From a virus (Duplodnaviria > Caudoviricetes), in the IMG/VR virus record IMGVR_UViG_3300031644_001202, positions 1 to 45,416 of that record: a stretch of 45,416 nucleotides of DNA; one strand, written 5' to 3'. Each line of letters opens with the position of its first letter. Position 1 is the first letter of the stretch. The notes under the pieces are model-generated. The model ran no database searches, was not told where the DNA came from, and saw only the letters and a program-made list of their open reading frames with translations. Positions 24,529 through 35,300 of this stretch are shown here, one piece after another. The position numbers and the translations under genes were made by a program.

Positions 24529-25727
24529 AGATGACGACCAACCGCCTGGCGCTGGCGGTCATGCTGGGCGGCCTGGGCATCGACGCCTTTGCCCAGCCGC
24601 GCATGCTCAACCTTGAAGGCGCGCCCGACCTGAACGCCGAACACTGGTACAGCATCCAGGCCGCCGGCGAGGAGGGCGGCAAACCCATCGAGGTCTACAT
24701 CTACGGCGAGATCGGCTTCTGGGGCGTCACCTCGGGCGACTTCATCCGCGACCTGAAAGAGATCGACGATGGCGTGTCGGAAGTGCTAGTGCACTTCGAT
24801 ACCGTCGGTGGCGACCTCTTCGACGGCATCGCCATCCACAACACGCTGCGCGCCTTGGGCGAGCGCTGCACCGGGCAGATCGACGGTGCGTGTTTCAGCG
24901 CAGGCAGCGTGGCCGTGTGTGGCGCTCACAAGGTGCGCATGGCCGACAACGCCATGTTCATGATTCACAACCCCTGGACGTTCATGGCTGGCGATAGCGA
25001 CGAGCTGCGCAAGATGGCCGACATGATGGACAAGGCCTTCGAAGGCATCGTCGCCAGCTACCAGCACCGCGCACTGAGCATCGATGACGCCGAGCTGCGC
25101 CGCATGATCAACGACACCACCTGGCTCACAGCCAGCGAGGCCAAGACCCATGGTTTCGTCGACGAGGTGTTCGGAGAGGTTGCGCCGCTGGTGAACAACG
25201 CGGCGCTGGGCAAGATCCTCAACCGCTACCGCAACGTGCCCGAAGCGGCGCTGCGCCTGGTTGGCGAAGTTGAGCCAGCACCGACCCCCGATCCTGACCC
25301 AACCCCGGATCCCGAACCCGATCCGGTACCGACCACCCCGGAAGCCGCTGAACTGGCAGCCAAGCTCGCAACGGACTGCGCCTCGGCCGGCCTGAGCAAC
25401 TGCGTCAGCTACCTGATCAAGGCCAGCGCCCTGGCCAGCGCCGAAGCGGTACATGCGCACTTCAACCGCGCCAAGGATGTTCGCGCCGCCTGCCTGGTAG
25501 CAAAGAGCCCGGATGACGCCCAGGCACTGATCGAAGCCGGGCTGACCGGCGAACAGGCCAAGGCGAAGCTGTTCGAGAAGCTGGCCGCCAACAGCAGCCA
25601 GGTGGAAATCAGCAACCTACCCCCGGTGGACGATGGCCCCCAGGCCGGCGCCCACCAGCCCCCAACGGCGAATGAGGTCTACGCTCGCCGCCGCAATAAC
25701 GCCTCGAAAGGAGGAAACAAAGCATGA
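24525..25727 (+). CDS. ClpP-type head maturation protease with C-terminal scaffold-like region
   Basis: IYGEIG, GGDLFDG, SAGS, MIHNPW, TWLTASEA..GFVD; Pro/Asp linker. Confidence 0.9.
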   Translation: MKMTTNRLALAVMLGGLGIDAFAQPRMLNLEGAPDLNAEHWYSIQAAGEEGGKPIEVYIYGEIGFWGVTSGDFIRDLKEIDDGVSEVLVHFDTVGGDLFDGIAIHNTLRALGERCTGQIDGACFSAGSVAVCGAHKVRMADNAMFMIHNPWTFMAGDSDELRKMADMMDKAFEGIVASYQHRALSIDDAELRRMINDTTWLTASEAKTHGFVDEVFGEVAPLVNNAALGKILNRYRNVPEAALRLVGEVEPAPTPDPDPTPDPEPDPVPTTPEAAELAAKLATDCASAGLSNCVSYLIKASALASAEAVHAHFNRAKDVRAACLVAKSPDDAQALIEAGLTGEQAKAKLFEKLAANSSQVEISNLPPVDDGPQAGAHQPPTANEVYARRRNNASKGGNKA

Positions 25728-26356
25728 TCAAAACTGAAGGTGTTTACACCGGCGAGTTCCTCCTCTCGGAGGCCAACGGCACCCGCAGCCGCGAGGAGGT
25801 GGTCATCACCGCCGGCTCCGGCATTCTCAAGGCTGGCACCCTGATCGCCCTGATCACCGCCGCCAACGCACTGACGCCGGCCGCCGATGCCGGCAACACC
25901 GGCAACGGCACCATCGGTTCGGTGACCGTCACCAGCGCGGCTATCAGCGGCCCCTACATCCTCACCATCACCGAGGCGGCAGAAAACGCCGGCAAGTTCG
26001 AGCTGGTCGACCCGACTGGCGCCGTGGTGGGCGAAGGCACCGTCGGCCAGGCATTCACCGGTGGCGGCCTGACCTTCACCCTGAGCGATGGCTCCACCGA
26101 CTTCGCAGTCGATGACAGCTTCACCCTGACCGTATTGGCCAACCTTGGCGAATACACCGCCTACGACGATGACGGCACCGACGATGGCCGTCGCGCCGCC
26201 AGCGGCATCCTGTTCGCCTCGGTGGATGCCACCACCAACGACGTGCGCGCCGTTGGCGTGATGCGTGATGCCGAGGTGATCGAAAGCCTGCTGACCGGCT
26301 TGGATGCCAACGGCCGCGCCGACCTGCTGGCCAAAGGCATCGTCATCCGCCCCTGA
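25724..26356 (+). CDS. Head decoration protein with inserted beta-rich domain
   Basis: GEFLLSEANGTRSRE start and RDAEV...LAKGIVIR end; lies between protease and capsid. Confidence 0.8.
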   Translation: MIKTEGVYTGEFLLSEANGTRSREEVVITAGSGILKAGTLIALITAANALTPAADAGNTGNGTIGSVTVTSAAISGPYILTITEAAENAGKFELVDPTGAVVGEGTVGQAFTGGGLTFTLSDGSTDFAVDDSFTLTVLANLGEYTAYDDDGTDDGRRAASGILFASVDATTNDVRAVGVMRDAEVIESLLTGLDANGRADLLAKGIVIRP

Positions 26357-26385
26357 TCGCCGACCGCATTAACCCCCAACACCCC

Positions 26386-26407
26386 AAGCCCCGCACCTGC
26401 GGGGCTT
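26386..26407 (+). terminator. Hairpin (possible terminator or processing site)
   Basis: AAGCCCCGCA-CC-TGCGGGGCTT, with a weak U-tract. Confidence 0.4.
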
Positions 26408-26427
26408 CGCATTTCTAGGAGCCCAAC

Positions 26428-27426
26428 ATGGCTGAAATCACGATTTTTCAGGACGAGGCGTTCGGCGTAGACGCGCTGCTCACCGTCATCAACGACGACC
26501 ACGTGCTGCCGGGGCAGATTGCCGCCGCTGGCCTTTTCGAAGAGCAAGGCGTCACCGGCACTGTCGTACAGATCGAAAAGGACGGCATGACCCTGCAACT
26601 GGTCAAAGCCGCACCGCGCGGCAGCACTGGCCAGGTGGTCACCGGCAACAAACGCGACCTGATCCCGTTCAACACCGTGCACCTGCCGGAGACCTTCCAG
26701 ATCCTGGCGGACGAAATTCAGGGTATCCGCGCGAGCGGTAGCCTCACCGAGCTGATGCAGGTGCAGGCCTACGTGAACAAGCGCATCGAAAAAGCCCGCC
26801 GCCAGCTCGACCTCACCCACGAGTTCCAGCGCATCGGCGCGATCAAGGGCAAGGTAATCGATGCTGATGGCTCGAGTGTGCTGTTCGACATTTTCCAGCG
26901 TTTCGGCATCAATCGTCCCAAGGCCTTCAGCCTGGGGCTGGATAACCCCGATACCGACGTGTCGGCCAAGTGCGCCGAGATCCTCGATGCCCAAGACGAT
27001 GTGCTCGGCAACATCACCAGCACCGGCGCGCATGCGTACTGCGGCAAAGTGCTCTGGGCCAAGCTCATCGCCCACAAGAGCGTGCGCGAGGCCTATCTGA
27101 ACTGGCAGGCCGCCGCGCAGCTGATGGGTGATCGCCGCCAGCCGTTCGAGTTCGGCGGCATCACCTGGGAGCGTTACAAGGGCAAGATCGGTAACACCCC
27201 CTTTGTTGCCGATGACCGCGCGCATGTCGTGCCTATGGGCGTGCCGGAGCTGTTCATCAGCGCCTTCGCCCCAGCCGACTACATGGAGACGGTCAACACC
27301 GAGGGCATGCCGTACTACTCCAAACTGGAGATGATGAAGTACGGCAAAGGCGTGGAAGGCGAGGCGCAGTCGAACCCGCTGCACCTGTGCACCCGCCCGG
27401 CGTCCGTGCGCGAGCTGACCATCTGA
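26428..27426 (+). CDS. Major capsid protein (lambda gpE family)
   Basis: GLFEEQG, ADEIQGIR, THEFQRIGAIKG and EAQSNPLHLCTRP motifs. Confidence 0.92.
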   Translation: MAEITIFQDEAFGVDALLTVINDDHVLPGQIAAAGLFEEQGVTGTVVQIEKDGMTLQLVKAAPRGSTGQVVTGNKRDLIPFNTVHLPETFQILADEIQGIRASGSLTELMQVQAYVNKRIEKARRQLDLTHEFQRIGAIKGKVIDADGSSVLFDIFQRFGINRPKAFSLGLDNPDTDVSAKCAEILDAQDDVLGNITSTGAHAYCGKVLWAKLIAHKSVREAYLNWQAAAQLMGDRRQPFEFGGITWERYKGKIGNTPFVADDRAHVVPMGVPELFISAFAPADYMETVNTEGMPYYSKLEMMKYGKGVEGEAQSNPLHLCTRPASVRELTI

Positions 27427-27428
27427 CC

Positions 27429-27743
27429 ATGGCAGGCTTCGGTGACTGCATCGCCGCGCTCGACGATGCAGTGATGCACAGCCTCAGCGACGGCACCGCC
27501 ACCTACCTGAGCCGCTCCGGCCAGGTGCTGGCGGTCGATCTGTCGGTGATCGTCGAAGAAGACGTGGAACGGGTGGACGCATTCAGCGGTGGCGTTGGTC
27601 GGGCGCGCACACACTGCGTGCGCAAGCACCTGCTCCAGCCCTTTGACCGCCAAGGCGCGTTCGCCATGGACGGCAAGACCTGGCACATCGACGGCATTGC
27701 CGAAGATGACGGCCATCTGATCACCTTCTATGTGAAGACATGA
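27429..27743 (+). CDS. Head-tail joining protein
   Basis: Size and position after the capsid gene. Confidence 0.6.
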   Translation: MAGFGDCIAALDDAVMHSLSDGTATYLSRSGQVLAVDLSVIVEEDVERVDAFSGGVGRARTHCVRKHLLQPFDRQGAFAMDGKTWHIDGIAEDDGHLITFYVKT

Positions 27744-28183
27744 CCATGCCTATCGACATGCAATCCGCCATCGTCGAGGAGCTGATCGCCTGCCTGGAGG
27801 GTGTCGAGTCATTCGGCGCCCTGGTGTTCGAGGACGGCGTGCTGCGTGTGCTCGACGAAGCCGACGATAACCTGCCGGATGACTTCATCGTTATCCAGCC
27901 CGGCTCCACCGAGGAAGTCGAGCGGGTGGGAACGGGCAGCGTGCGCGAGCGCGTCACCCTGAACATCACCGCCGTTACCAAGCGCCGGGGCTTTGCCGCC
28001 GTCCTGCGTGCAGCGCGCCTGGGCATCAAGGCTGCCACGGCTGGCCCCAAGGCCGGCCTGACCGCCCAAGGCGTGCAACTGGGCGGCTACCTCACGGAAA
28101 CCCCTATGCCGCCTGGAGATGGGCGGTACTGGGCGTACCACGTCATGCCCCTGCAAGTTACCTACATCCAGTCCCTCAAATGA
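27740..28183 (+). CDS. Tail terminator-like protein
   Basis: Size and position before the tail tube gene. Confidence 0.55.
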   Translation: MTMPIDMQSAIVEELIACLEGVESFGALVFEDGVLRVLDEADDNLPDDFIVIQPGSTEEVERVGTGSVRERVTLNITAVTKRRGFAAVLRAARLGIKAATAGPKAGLTAQGVQLGGYLTETPMPPGDGRYWAYHVMPLQVTYIQSLK

Positions 28184-28195
28184 TCGGAGGCCATC

Positions 28196-29218
28196 ATGGC
28201 TCAGCAAGACCGCAGCTTCATCGGCGAGGGCATCGTCTATGCCCGCCGCTACCAGACCAATGACCCGCTGATTGACATCGGCAACTGCGACACCTTCAAC
28301 ATCGGCTTTACCTCCGACCGCCAGACCCTGCCCAACTTTCGTGGTGGCGGCGGTAACCGCAACGTGCGCGAGCGCATCACCGACGTGACTGCCACCATCG
28401 GCATGTACGACCTCACGCCGGACAACATCGCCCGCGTCACCCGCTCAACCATCGCTCAGGTGGCAGCAGCCAGCGTGGTCGGTGAAGTGCTGCGCGTTGG
28501 CGGTGTTGCCGGTGAACTGGTGCCGTTCGCCAAACTGCCAGACACCAGCCAGGCCGTCACCATCACCCGTGCCGGTGCATTGACCGCCAGTTCGGAAGCC
28601 GCTCTGGGCAACGTCGGTAACGGTACCCTGAACAGTCTCAGCGTCACCACGGCAGGCGTGGGCGCTTACAACGTGGGGCTGACCTCGGCGACCGAGTTCG
28701 CCGTCACCGGGCCGGGCAGTACGGCAGTCGGTACCGGTGAGGTCGGCACCCCGTTCAACGCCGGCGGCCTGGCCTTCACCCTGACGGCCGGCAGTACGGC
28801 CTTTGCAGCGGACGATGCGTTCACCATCACCGTCGCCCAGGGAGCTGGTGCAGCGGCAGAGCAGGGCGTCGACTACCAGCTCACCCCGCACGGCATCATC
28901 ATTCCAGCGGGCAGCGCCATCACCACGGCGGGTGCTGCGGCGAGTTATACCAGCCTCAAGGCTGGCGTCATCCACATGCTGGCGGGCAGCCAGGTCGAAC
29001 TGGAGATCTACATCGCCGGCCTCAACGACGCGCAAACCGGCGAGCCCTACAGCCTGCGTGCCCGCCGCGTGAAAATGGGCGTTATCTCGGAGCTGGCGGC
29101 CCTGGGGCAGGAATACCTCCGGCTCGAAGCCAGCGCCGAACTGCTGGCCGATCCGCTGGTGACCGAAGCAGGCATTTCCAAGTTCTGCGAGATGGCAGTG
29201 GTCAACAAGGCGGCTTGA
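28196..29218 (+). CDS. Major tail (tube) protein with inserted domain
   Basis: SFIGEG...IGNC...GGG and GLNDAQTG motifs; position in the tail module. Confidence 0.75.
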   Translation: MAQQDRSFIGEGIVYARRYQTNDPLIDIGNCDTFNIGFTSDRQTLPNFRGGGGNRNVRERITDVTATIGMYDLTPDNIARVTRSTIAQVAAASVVGEVLRVGGVAGELVPFAKLPDTSQAVTITRAGALTASSEAALGNVGNGTLNSLSVTTAGVGAYNVGLTSATEFAVTGPGSTAVGTGEVGTPFNAGGLAFTLTAGSTAFAADDAFTITVAQGAGAAAEQGVDYQLTPHGIIIPAGSAITTAGAAASYTSLKAGVIHMLAGSQVELEIYIAGLNDAQTGEPYSLRARRVKMGVISELAALGQEYLRLEASAELLADPLVTEAGISKFCEMAVVNKAA

Positions 29219-29238
29219 TGCTGCTGGGCCAGGGATGG

Positions 29239-29829
29239 CTACTTGCCTTCTTCACGCCGGTTGATACGGCGTTCCGGTTTTTTGGCGGGCTCTACAGTGG
29301 TCGGTACCGTGAGGTCTGGGTCATAGTCCGGGCCGGTGTTTTCCCCTGCCAGTTCTCTCATGCGCTTGGCTGTCCACTCAGCCTCATCCATACCCAGCGG
29401 CCTGGACTGCTTGCGCAGGGGGCGCTTGGCGGTGGGGGATGGGGTGTCGCCGCGTTTTTCGAGTGAGAGCTCATCGTCGGGTTCGCGCACCGGTAATTTG
29501 TCGATCAAGGCGCTAAGGCGAGCCTGAACGTCACCCATGGCATCGAGGCGGTCAATCAGCTGCTGAGTGAGAGCATCCGATTCTTCGCTTCGCGGTATCT
29601 GCTGCATCAAGCCAAGCATCGTGCCCGTCAGCGTCATCTCGGTCATGAGCGACTTGATTTCCAGCGCCGTCATACGGCCTTCGGTAAAACGCTTCTCGGT
29701 GAAGCTTTCTTGAAGGCGAGCGACGATTTCCGCATTCATCGAGCGGTTGTTCTCTTTGGCTGATGCTTCGATTTGAGCTTTTAGCTCAGGAGGGAAGCGC
29801 AGCTTCATCTGTGGGTCTGTCTGTTTCAT
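29239..29829 (-). CDS. Arc/Mnt-family ribbon-helix-helix repressor with long C-terminal extension
   Basis: DPQMKLRFPPELKAQIEASAKENNRSMNAEIVARL. Confidence 0.85.
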   Translation of the reverse strand: MKQTDPQMKLRFPPELKAQIEASAKENNRSMNAEIVARLQESFTEKRFTEGRMTALEIKSLMTEMTLTGTMLGLMQQIPRSEESDALTQQLIDRLDAMGDVQARLSALIDKLPVREPDDELSLEKRGDTPSPTAKRPLRKQSRPLGMDEAEWTAKRMRELAGENTGPDYDPDLTVPTTVEPAKKPERRINRREEGK

Positions 29830-29840
29830 GCGCGCAATCT

Positions 29841-29905
29841 AGGATCAAATAGGTCCTTGACGCAATGAACCTAATAGGTTTATCGTTTTTGTGAACCTAC
29901 TAGGT
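29841..29905. promoter_or_regulatory. Divergent promoter/operator region of the Arc/Mnt pair
   Basis: Palindromes AACCTA-A-TAGGTT (29868-29880) and ACCTA-C-TAGGT (29895-29905); TTGACG at 29857. Confidence 0.65.
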
Positions 29906-29919
29906 GCATGGAGGTAGTT

Positions 29920-30069
29920 GTGAAGCGTAGCGATCCACAAATGAAAATTCGGCTCCCGAAGCCATTGAAGGATTGGATTGAAGAGAAGGCTGCGGAAAAC
30001 GTCCGCAGCCAAAATGCCGAGATCATTTATCGGCTGGAGCAGGCGAAAAAACTACAGGAGGCGGCATGA
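29920..30069 (+). CDS. Arc-family repressor (49 aa; missing from the ORF track)
   Basis: GGAGG then GTG; [49 protein letters not shown]. Confidence 0.85.
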   Translation: MKRSDPQMKIRLPKPLKDWIEEKAAENVRSQNAEIIYRLEQAKKLQEAA

Positions 30070-30428
30070 ATACCGCACAAGAAAAAGCCCCGACGCGGCA
30101 ACGTCAGGGCTTGGATGCAAACCGTTTGGAGGTGATTCGCGTGAACAAAGCTAGCACGGCCCAGGCTGCTGGGCAAGAACAGCGGCGGTTTTTGGTTACG
30201 CCCGAGGCAGCCTTTGCGCTGGTCGGCGATATCGACCCCATCTGCCTCGATGATCTGCTCAACTGCATGCTGCTGCGCTCCGGCGCTTTGGTCACCATGC
30301 TGATGGGCAGCATCCATGATCGCGACGGCATCACCTACAACCCCGCTACCATCACCAATCTGCTCTGGCTGCTGCAGGGCCAGATCGATCAGATGCAGGC
30401 GGTCGTGGCCAAGTTGGGGGCTGAGTGA
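30066..30428 (+). CDS. Hypothetical protein
   Basis: Coupled to the Arc stop; the start may be internal. Confidence 0.55.
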   Translation: MNTAQEKAPTRQRQGLDANRLEVIRVNKASTAQAAGQEQRRFLVTPEAAFALVGDIDPICLDDLLNCMLLRSGALVTMLMGSIHDRDGITYNPATITNLLWLLQGQIDQMQAVVAKLGAE

Positions 30429-31279
30429 TGAGCGAGCTGATTATTGCTGGTACTGGCATTCGCCAGGATGCAGAAGGGCGTTACTCGCTGAACGATCTGC
30501 ATAAAGCGTCAGGCGGCGAAAAGCGGCACGGTCCAAGCTACTGGTTGGCTAACGCTCAAACCGTTGAGCTTATTGGTGAGCTGGAAACTACCGGAAATCC
30601 CGTAATAAGCGATACCGAAAATCCGGTATCGACCATCAAGGGAGGTAAGAACCAAGGAACGTACGTCTGCAAGGAACTGGTTTATGCCTACGCAATGTGG
30701 ATCAGTCCTAGATTTCACCTGCAGGTCATCCGTACCTTCGATGCGGTGGTAACGCAGCAGCGTGGCCAAGCCGAGTTCGCTCAGGGTGTCTTCAAGGATT
30801 TCCAAGCCACCCGACTTGAGCTGATCACCACCGTAGCGGACATGACCGAGCAATCCTTGCGGGTTGCCGACCTGATGGGATTGAAGGACAACCAAGGCCG
30901 CTTCTACGCTGACAAGCTGGTAAAGCGCCAGATTGGAGTTGGCCCTCTGGAGCTGCTGGGCCTTACGGCTTTACCCTCTGGCAATGACGCGCTCTACTTC
31001 ACGCCAAAGGATCTCGGCGAACGAGTGGGCATGTCGCCGCAGTCATTCAACAAGTTGCTCCAGCGGCTTGGCTATCAGGAGACGGAACGCAAAGGGCGCC
31101 GATCAGTCTGGCGGCATACGCTCAAGGGCGAGCCTTGGGCGCGCTACGAAGACACTGCCCGGCAACACAGCGACGGTGCGCCAGTCACAGCCCTGCGCTG
31201 GAAGGCGGAAATCCTCGACGAACTGAAGAAGGATGCGGCTGATCTGGGCCGTGTGCTTCGGCCTGTAGCGAGGGGTTGA
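30428..31279 (+). CDS. KilA-N domain antirepressor
   Basis: [19 protein letters not shown] and [20 protein letters not shown]; C-terminal DNA-binding-like region. Confidence 0.88.
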   Translation: MSELIIAGTGIRQDAEGRYSLNDLHKASGGEKRHGPSYWLANAQTVELIGELETTGNPVISDTENPVSTIKGGKNQGTYVCKELVYAYAMWISPRFHLQVIRTFDAVVTQQRGQAEFAQGVFKDFQATRLELITTVADMTEQSLRVADLMGLKDNQGRFYADKLVKRQIGVGPLELLGLTALPSGNDALYFTPKDLGERVGMSPQSFNKLLQRLGYQETERKGRRSVWRHTLKGEPWARYEDTARQHSDGAPVTALRWKAEILDELKKDAADLGRVLRPVARG

Positions 31280-31280
31280 T

Positions 31281-31583
31281 ATGGCAAGCGTAGTGCAGTT
31301 CCCAACCAACCCAAATTTCGTTACCGCGCGTGAACTGGCGCGGCAGCGCTGGGAGGCTGGAGATTTCCGGGGCCCAGGCATCTGGCTTGAGCAGGAAGCG
31401 CTGGGGCGTATCGAAAGCGTCATGGCTGAGCTTTACAACATGGCCAGCGCTGAACAGGCGCCCGGCGGAATCAGTGCGAGTGTGGTTGCAGCGAAAACAC
31501 TGGATGCGCTGATCTGGCTGGCAATGGCGACCGAGATCAGCCGCTTAGCGCTGGCCGAATCAGCTCAGCGCCCGCCAGGCTAG
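31281..31583 (+). CDS. Hypothetical protein
   Basis: 100-aa ORF following the antirepressor. Confidence 0.5.
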   Translation: MASVVQFPTNPNFVTARELARQRWEAGDFRGPGIWLEQEALGRIESVMAELYNMASAEQAPGGISASVVAAKTLDALIWLAMATEISRLALAESAQRPPG

Positions 31584-31686
31584 CCACAAAACCAAGGCAT
31601 TGCCGATAACCCAGCCAGGTGCTGGGTTTCGGTGTTGGTGCTGATCGGCTACATTCCCTGCCATATCCAAAGGGAGGGAAAGCCCG

Positions 31687-32334
31687 ATGCAGTGTCCTAG
31701 TTGTGAACATGAAGCGCCTCAGTCTGCCTTTGGTGATCCGTTGAGATGCCCTGACTGCGGCGCATTCTATGAAAAAGCTGTTGCGTTGAAACTCCAAAAA
31801 GAACTGGCTGCCCAGCGTGAGCAAATAGTTCGTCTAGCCCCTCCGGCCCCGCCGCCACCGCCGCCTCAAAAAAAGAAAACCAGATGGGTGCTTTGGTTTT
31901 TTGTGGCCATGTTGGTGATTGGGGTTGTTAACGTTATAGTCAATCCACCGCCGCCTCGATCTGTTAGCACTCCAGCTGCGAGCGCGCCAAGTCAGAGTTT
32001 GCCTAAAGTGCCTGCGCCGCCGCCTTTCAGAGCGCCTGATCCTGTTGAGGACGCCCTGGCTGACGTAAAGCTTGAATATAAGTGGGGTAAAAAGCACGAC
32101 ACACTTATGGTTGCTAACTTTATTGTCATTAATAATGGCTATCGCGATGTGAAAGATATAGAGATCGAATGTGTTCACTCGGGGCCAAGTGGTACGCGAA
32201 TTGATAGCAATAAACGGACTATTTATGAGCTTGTCCAGGCCCGTAGTAGGAAGGTTTTCAATGGGTTTGATATGGGGTTTATTCACAGTCAAGCGGTTAG
32301 CTCACTCTGTACTGTTGTTGATTTGAAAATTTAA
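31687..32334 (+). CDS. Moron-like membrane protein (N-terminal Cys cluster, Pro-rich linkers, one TM helix)
   Basis: CPSC..CPDC; TM segment WVLWFFVAMLVIGVVNVIV; visibly AT-richer; own RBS and terminator. Confidence 0.7.
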   Translation: MQCPSCEHEAPQSAFGDPLRCPDCGAFYEKAVALKLQKELAAQREQIVRLAPPAPPPPPPQKKKTRWVLWFFVAMLVIGVVNVIVNPPPPRSVSTPAASAPSQSLPKVPAPPPFRAPDPVEDALADVKLEYKWGKKHDTLMVANFIVINNGYRDVKDIEIECVHSGPSGTRIDSNKRTIYELVQARSRKVFNGFDMGFIHSQAVSSLCTVVDLKI

Positions 32335-32350
32335 TTTTTATTGGTTTAAC

Positions 32351-32375
32351 AAACCCGCCTCGGCGGGTTTTTTAT
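32351..32375 (+). terminator. Rho-independent terminator
   Basis: AAACCCGCC-TC-GGCGGGTTTTTT. Confidence 0.75.
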
Positions 32376-32390
32376 TGCCCGGAGAAAAGT

Positions 32391-35300
32391 ATGGCCGGCA
32401 TCAAAGAGCGTTTGATCAGCTTCATATTGCGCGGCAAGGATGAGCTTTCACCCGCTGCGAAAAAGTCCGAGGCAGCGTTGAGCAGCCTCAAGGATGCCAG
32501 CGAGCAGCTCGGCCAGGCGCTCGACAATGCTAAAGAGACGGTTGGCCTGGCTCAGTCGTTGACCCAGGTACGCCGCGCGACCGAGCAGGCGCAGCGAAAT
32601 CTTGAAGATGCCGAGAAGCAGGTAGTGGATCTGCGCGAGGCTCTGAGCAAAACGCCAGATGCGGCCGGGCTGGAGCGGTCTCTGCAGCTGGCTGAGCGCG
32701 AAGCTAATCGCAGTCGCAAGCAGTTGAGTGCGTGGACTGCTCAATTGGCGGAGGCCGAGAAGGCGGCGAAGGCCGCTGGTATCGACACCGACAATTTGAG
32801 CGATGAACAGAAGCGCCTGGCGAGTGAGGTGGACAAGGCCCGTCGTGCGCTGGATGACAATAACGCCCAACTCAAGATCGCCCAACGCGAGCAAGCAGCA
32901 GCGGCACGCGCTACGGCCGAGCACGGCTCCAGGGTTGAATCGCTTAAAGGGGCGATGAGCTCAGGCGCCAAGCAGGTGCTGGCGTTCGCTGCTGCTTATA
33001 TCTCCCTCAATGCAGCCATGGGCCTGGTTCAGCGTGGGCTATCGCTGATGTCGCAGGGCATCCGCGCCGTTGCGATGGACGGCTCCGACAAGCAGCAGGC
33101 GTTGGCTCAGTTGGAGGCCACGCTGGCGTCTACCGGCCGGCAAGCCGAGTTCACGACACAGCAGCTGCTGGACATGGCCGATGCCATGGAAGCCAGCTCG
33201 ATGCTGACTGCCGAGCAAGTGCAGTCGGCTCAAGCTCGGTTGCTGTCGTACACGGACGTGGCGGCGAATGAGTTCCCGCGTGCTCTGCAGATCGTGATCG
33301 ATCAGCAGCAGCGCCTAGGCATCAGCGCAGAGCAGTCGGCCGAGATTGTTGGCCGCGCACTGCAGTCACCGTCGAAGGCCATGGCCGCGTTGGGGCGGCA
33401 AGGCTTCACGCTCGAGGCTGGCCAGCAGCGGCTACTCAAGCAGCTGGAAGCGACCGGCCGGATGGCCGAAGCCCAGTCCATCATCATGGACATGCTCACC
33501 GAAGCCTACGGCGGTGCAGCCGCTGCAGCGCGCATGAACACTTTCCAGGGCTTGCTCAAGGGCATCACTGACCGCTTCGGTGACTTCGCCAGCCGGGTGG
33601 CCAACTCCGGCGCGTTTGAGTACATGCAGCGCAAGCTGGTGGATGTCAGTAACTACCTTGACCAGATGGCCAGCGACGGCCGCTTGGATCGCTTGGCCGA
33701 AGGGCTCAGCAAGGGTTTCATCCAAGGGGTTGAATGGGCTGAGCGATTCGCAAAGAAGCTGTTGGATATCGACTTTCAGAAGGCGACCGATGACGCTGCG
33801 GCCTGGTTCAGCAGTCTCGGGCAGCACCTGGACGAAACCCAGCAGAAGCTTGCCGCATTCGTTCTGCCGTTTCGTGCGCTGTTCAATGGACTGACCTCCG
33901 GGCTCTCGTTGGTGGCTGCCGCGGTCACTAGCAAGATGAGTGAGGTGCTCGGGCTGGTTGATGAGGTGGCCAAGCGCCTACCCGATGCCCTCGGTGGCGA
34001 GCGCTTGCGCAACTCGGTGCGTGCTGCGCGTGAGTCGCTGGACGGGCTCACCGCTGGTTTCGTGGCTCAGGTTGAGCAGGACGGTAAAGACATCCAGTCG
34101 GCCTGGGACGCGGCCATGGGTGGCATTGCTGAAAGCACCGAGACCAAGATGGCCGAGGTGACCGAGACCATCAAGCTGGACACTGTCAGCCAGGCCGACT
34201 TCGTGCGGCAGGCTGTCACCTCAATGCAGGGCGCGCTGGATCAGATCAGCACTGCCAAGACGGTCGCGCAACTTCGCCAGGTCGGCGATGAGATGTATGC
34301 CGCCTACAAGCGTGGCGATATCAGCCAGCAGGAATACTCGGCCAGTTCCGTCGAGCTGAATCGCCGGCTGACCGAGCTGGGTGGCGCTGCTAAGACCATG
34401 GCCGGCGCCGTTGGTGTTGCGGCCGAAAGCCTCAAATCCCTGGCCGACGTGCAGCGCGCCATCAGCGATGCCAAGACGGATCGCGATATCGCCGCCATCC
34501 GTACAGCATTGCAAGGTCTCTACAACACCGGCCAGGTGACGGCGGCTCAGTACAACGCCGAGCTATCCAAACTCAACGCGCGCCAAAAGGAACTGACCCA
34601 GGCCCTGCAGGGCAGCAAGAAGGCCCAGGACGATAAGAACAAGTCTGATCGCGAAGCCATCGTCACCAGCGAGCAGCTACGCCGCGAGAGCGGCAAGCGC
34701 ATGGAAGCCGAGCGCAAGGCCGGCGATGAAGCGATGCAGCGGCGCCGGAAAGAGTCCAGCGACGCGCAGCGCGATATGTCCGCCATGGAGGACTTCTACA
34801 ACGGAGTGATGAACCGCGCCCGCGAGCCGGTTGCGGCGCTAGGCCGGGCAGCCCTTGAGGCGTTCGACCGGCTGCGAGGCATCAGTTCGGCCGCGCCGAG
34901 CATCGACACCAGCAGCTTGGATGCAACGCGCACCAGCCTGGAGTCGGTATCCAAGGCGTTGGGTGACGTGCGCGCCGCCCTCGCGATGCCGATGCAAAGC
35001 AGCCTGGCCCGCTGGATGGCTGAAACCCAGCAGGCCAGCCTGCAGACGCAACAGGCGTTTCTGTCGCAGAAGGCCAGTCTGCAATCGCTGATGCGTGACT
35101 ATGAGCGCGGTTCGCTCACCGCGCAGCAGTTCGTGCGCCGTGCAAGCGGCATGAAGAACGCGCTGAGCCTGCTGGATGAATCCGACCTGAGTGGGCTGGA
35201 GTCGGCTATCGAGGCCGCCAACCAGCGCATGAAGCAGATGGGCGACTCGACCCGCAGCACGCTGGAGAGCCTACAGGACGAGCTGGACGGGCTACAGGGC

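Noticed and set aside
25278-25340. Pro/Asp repeat (also 36062-36112) as a functional DNA repeat
   Set aside because: Explained as low-complexity protein linkers.
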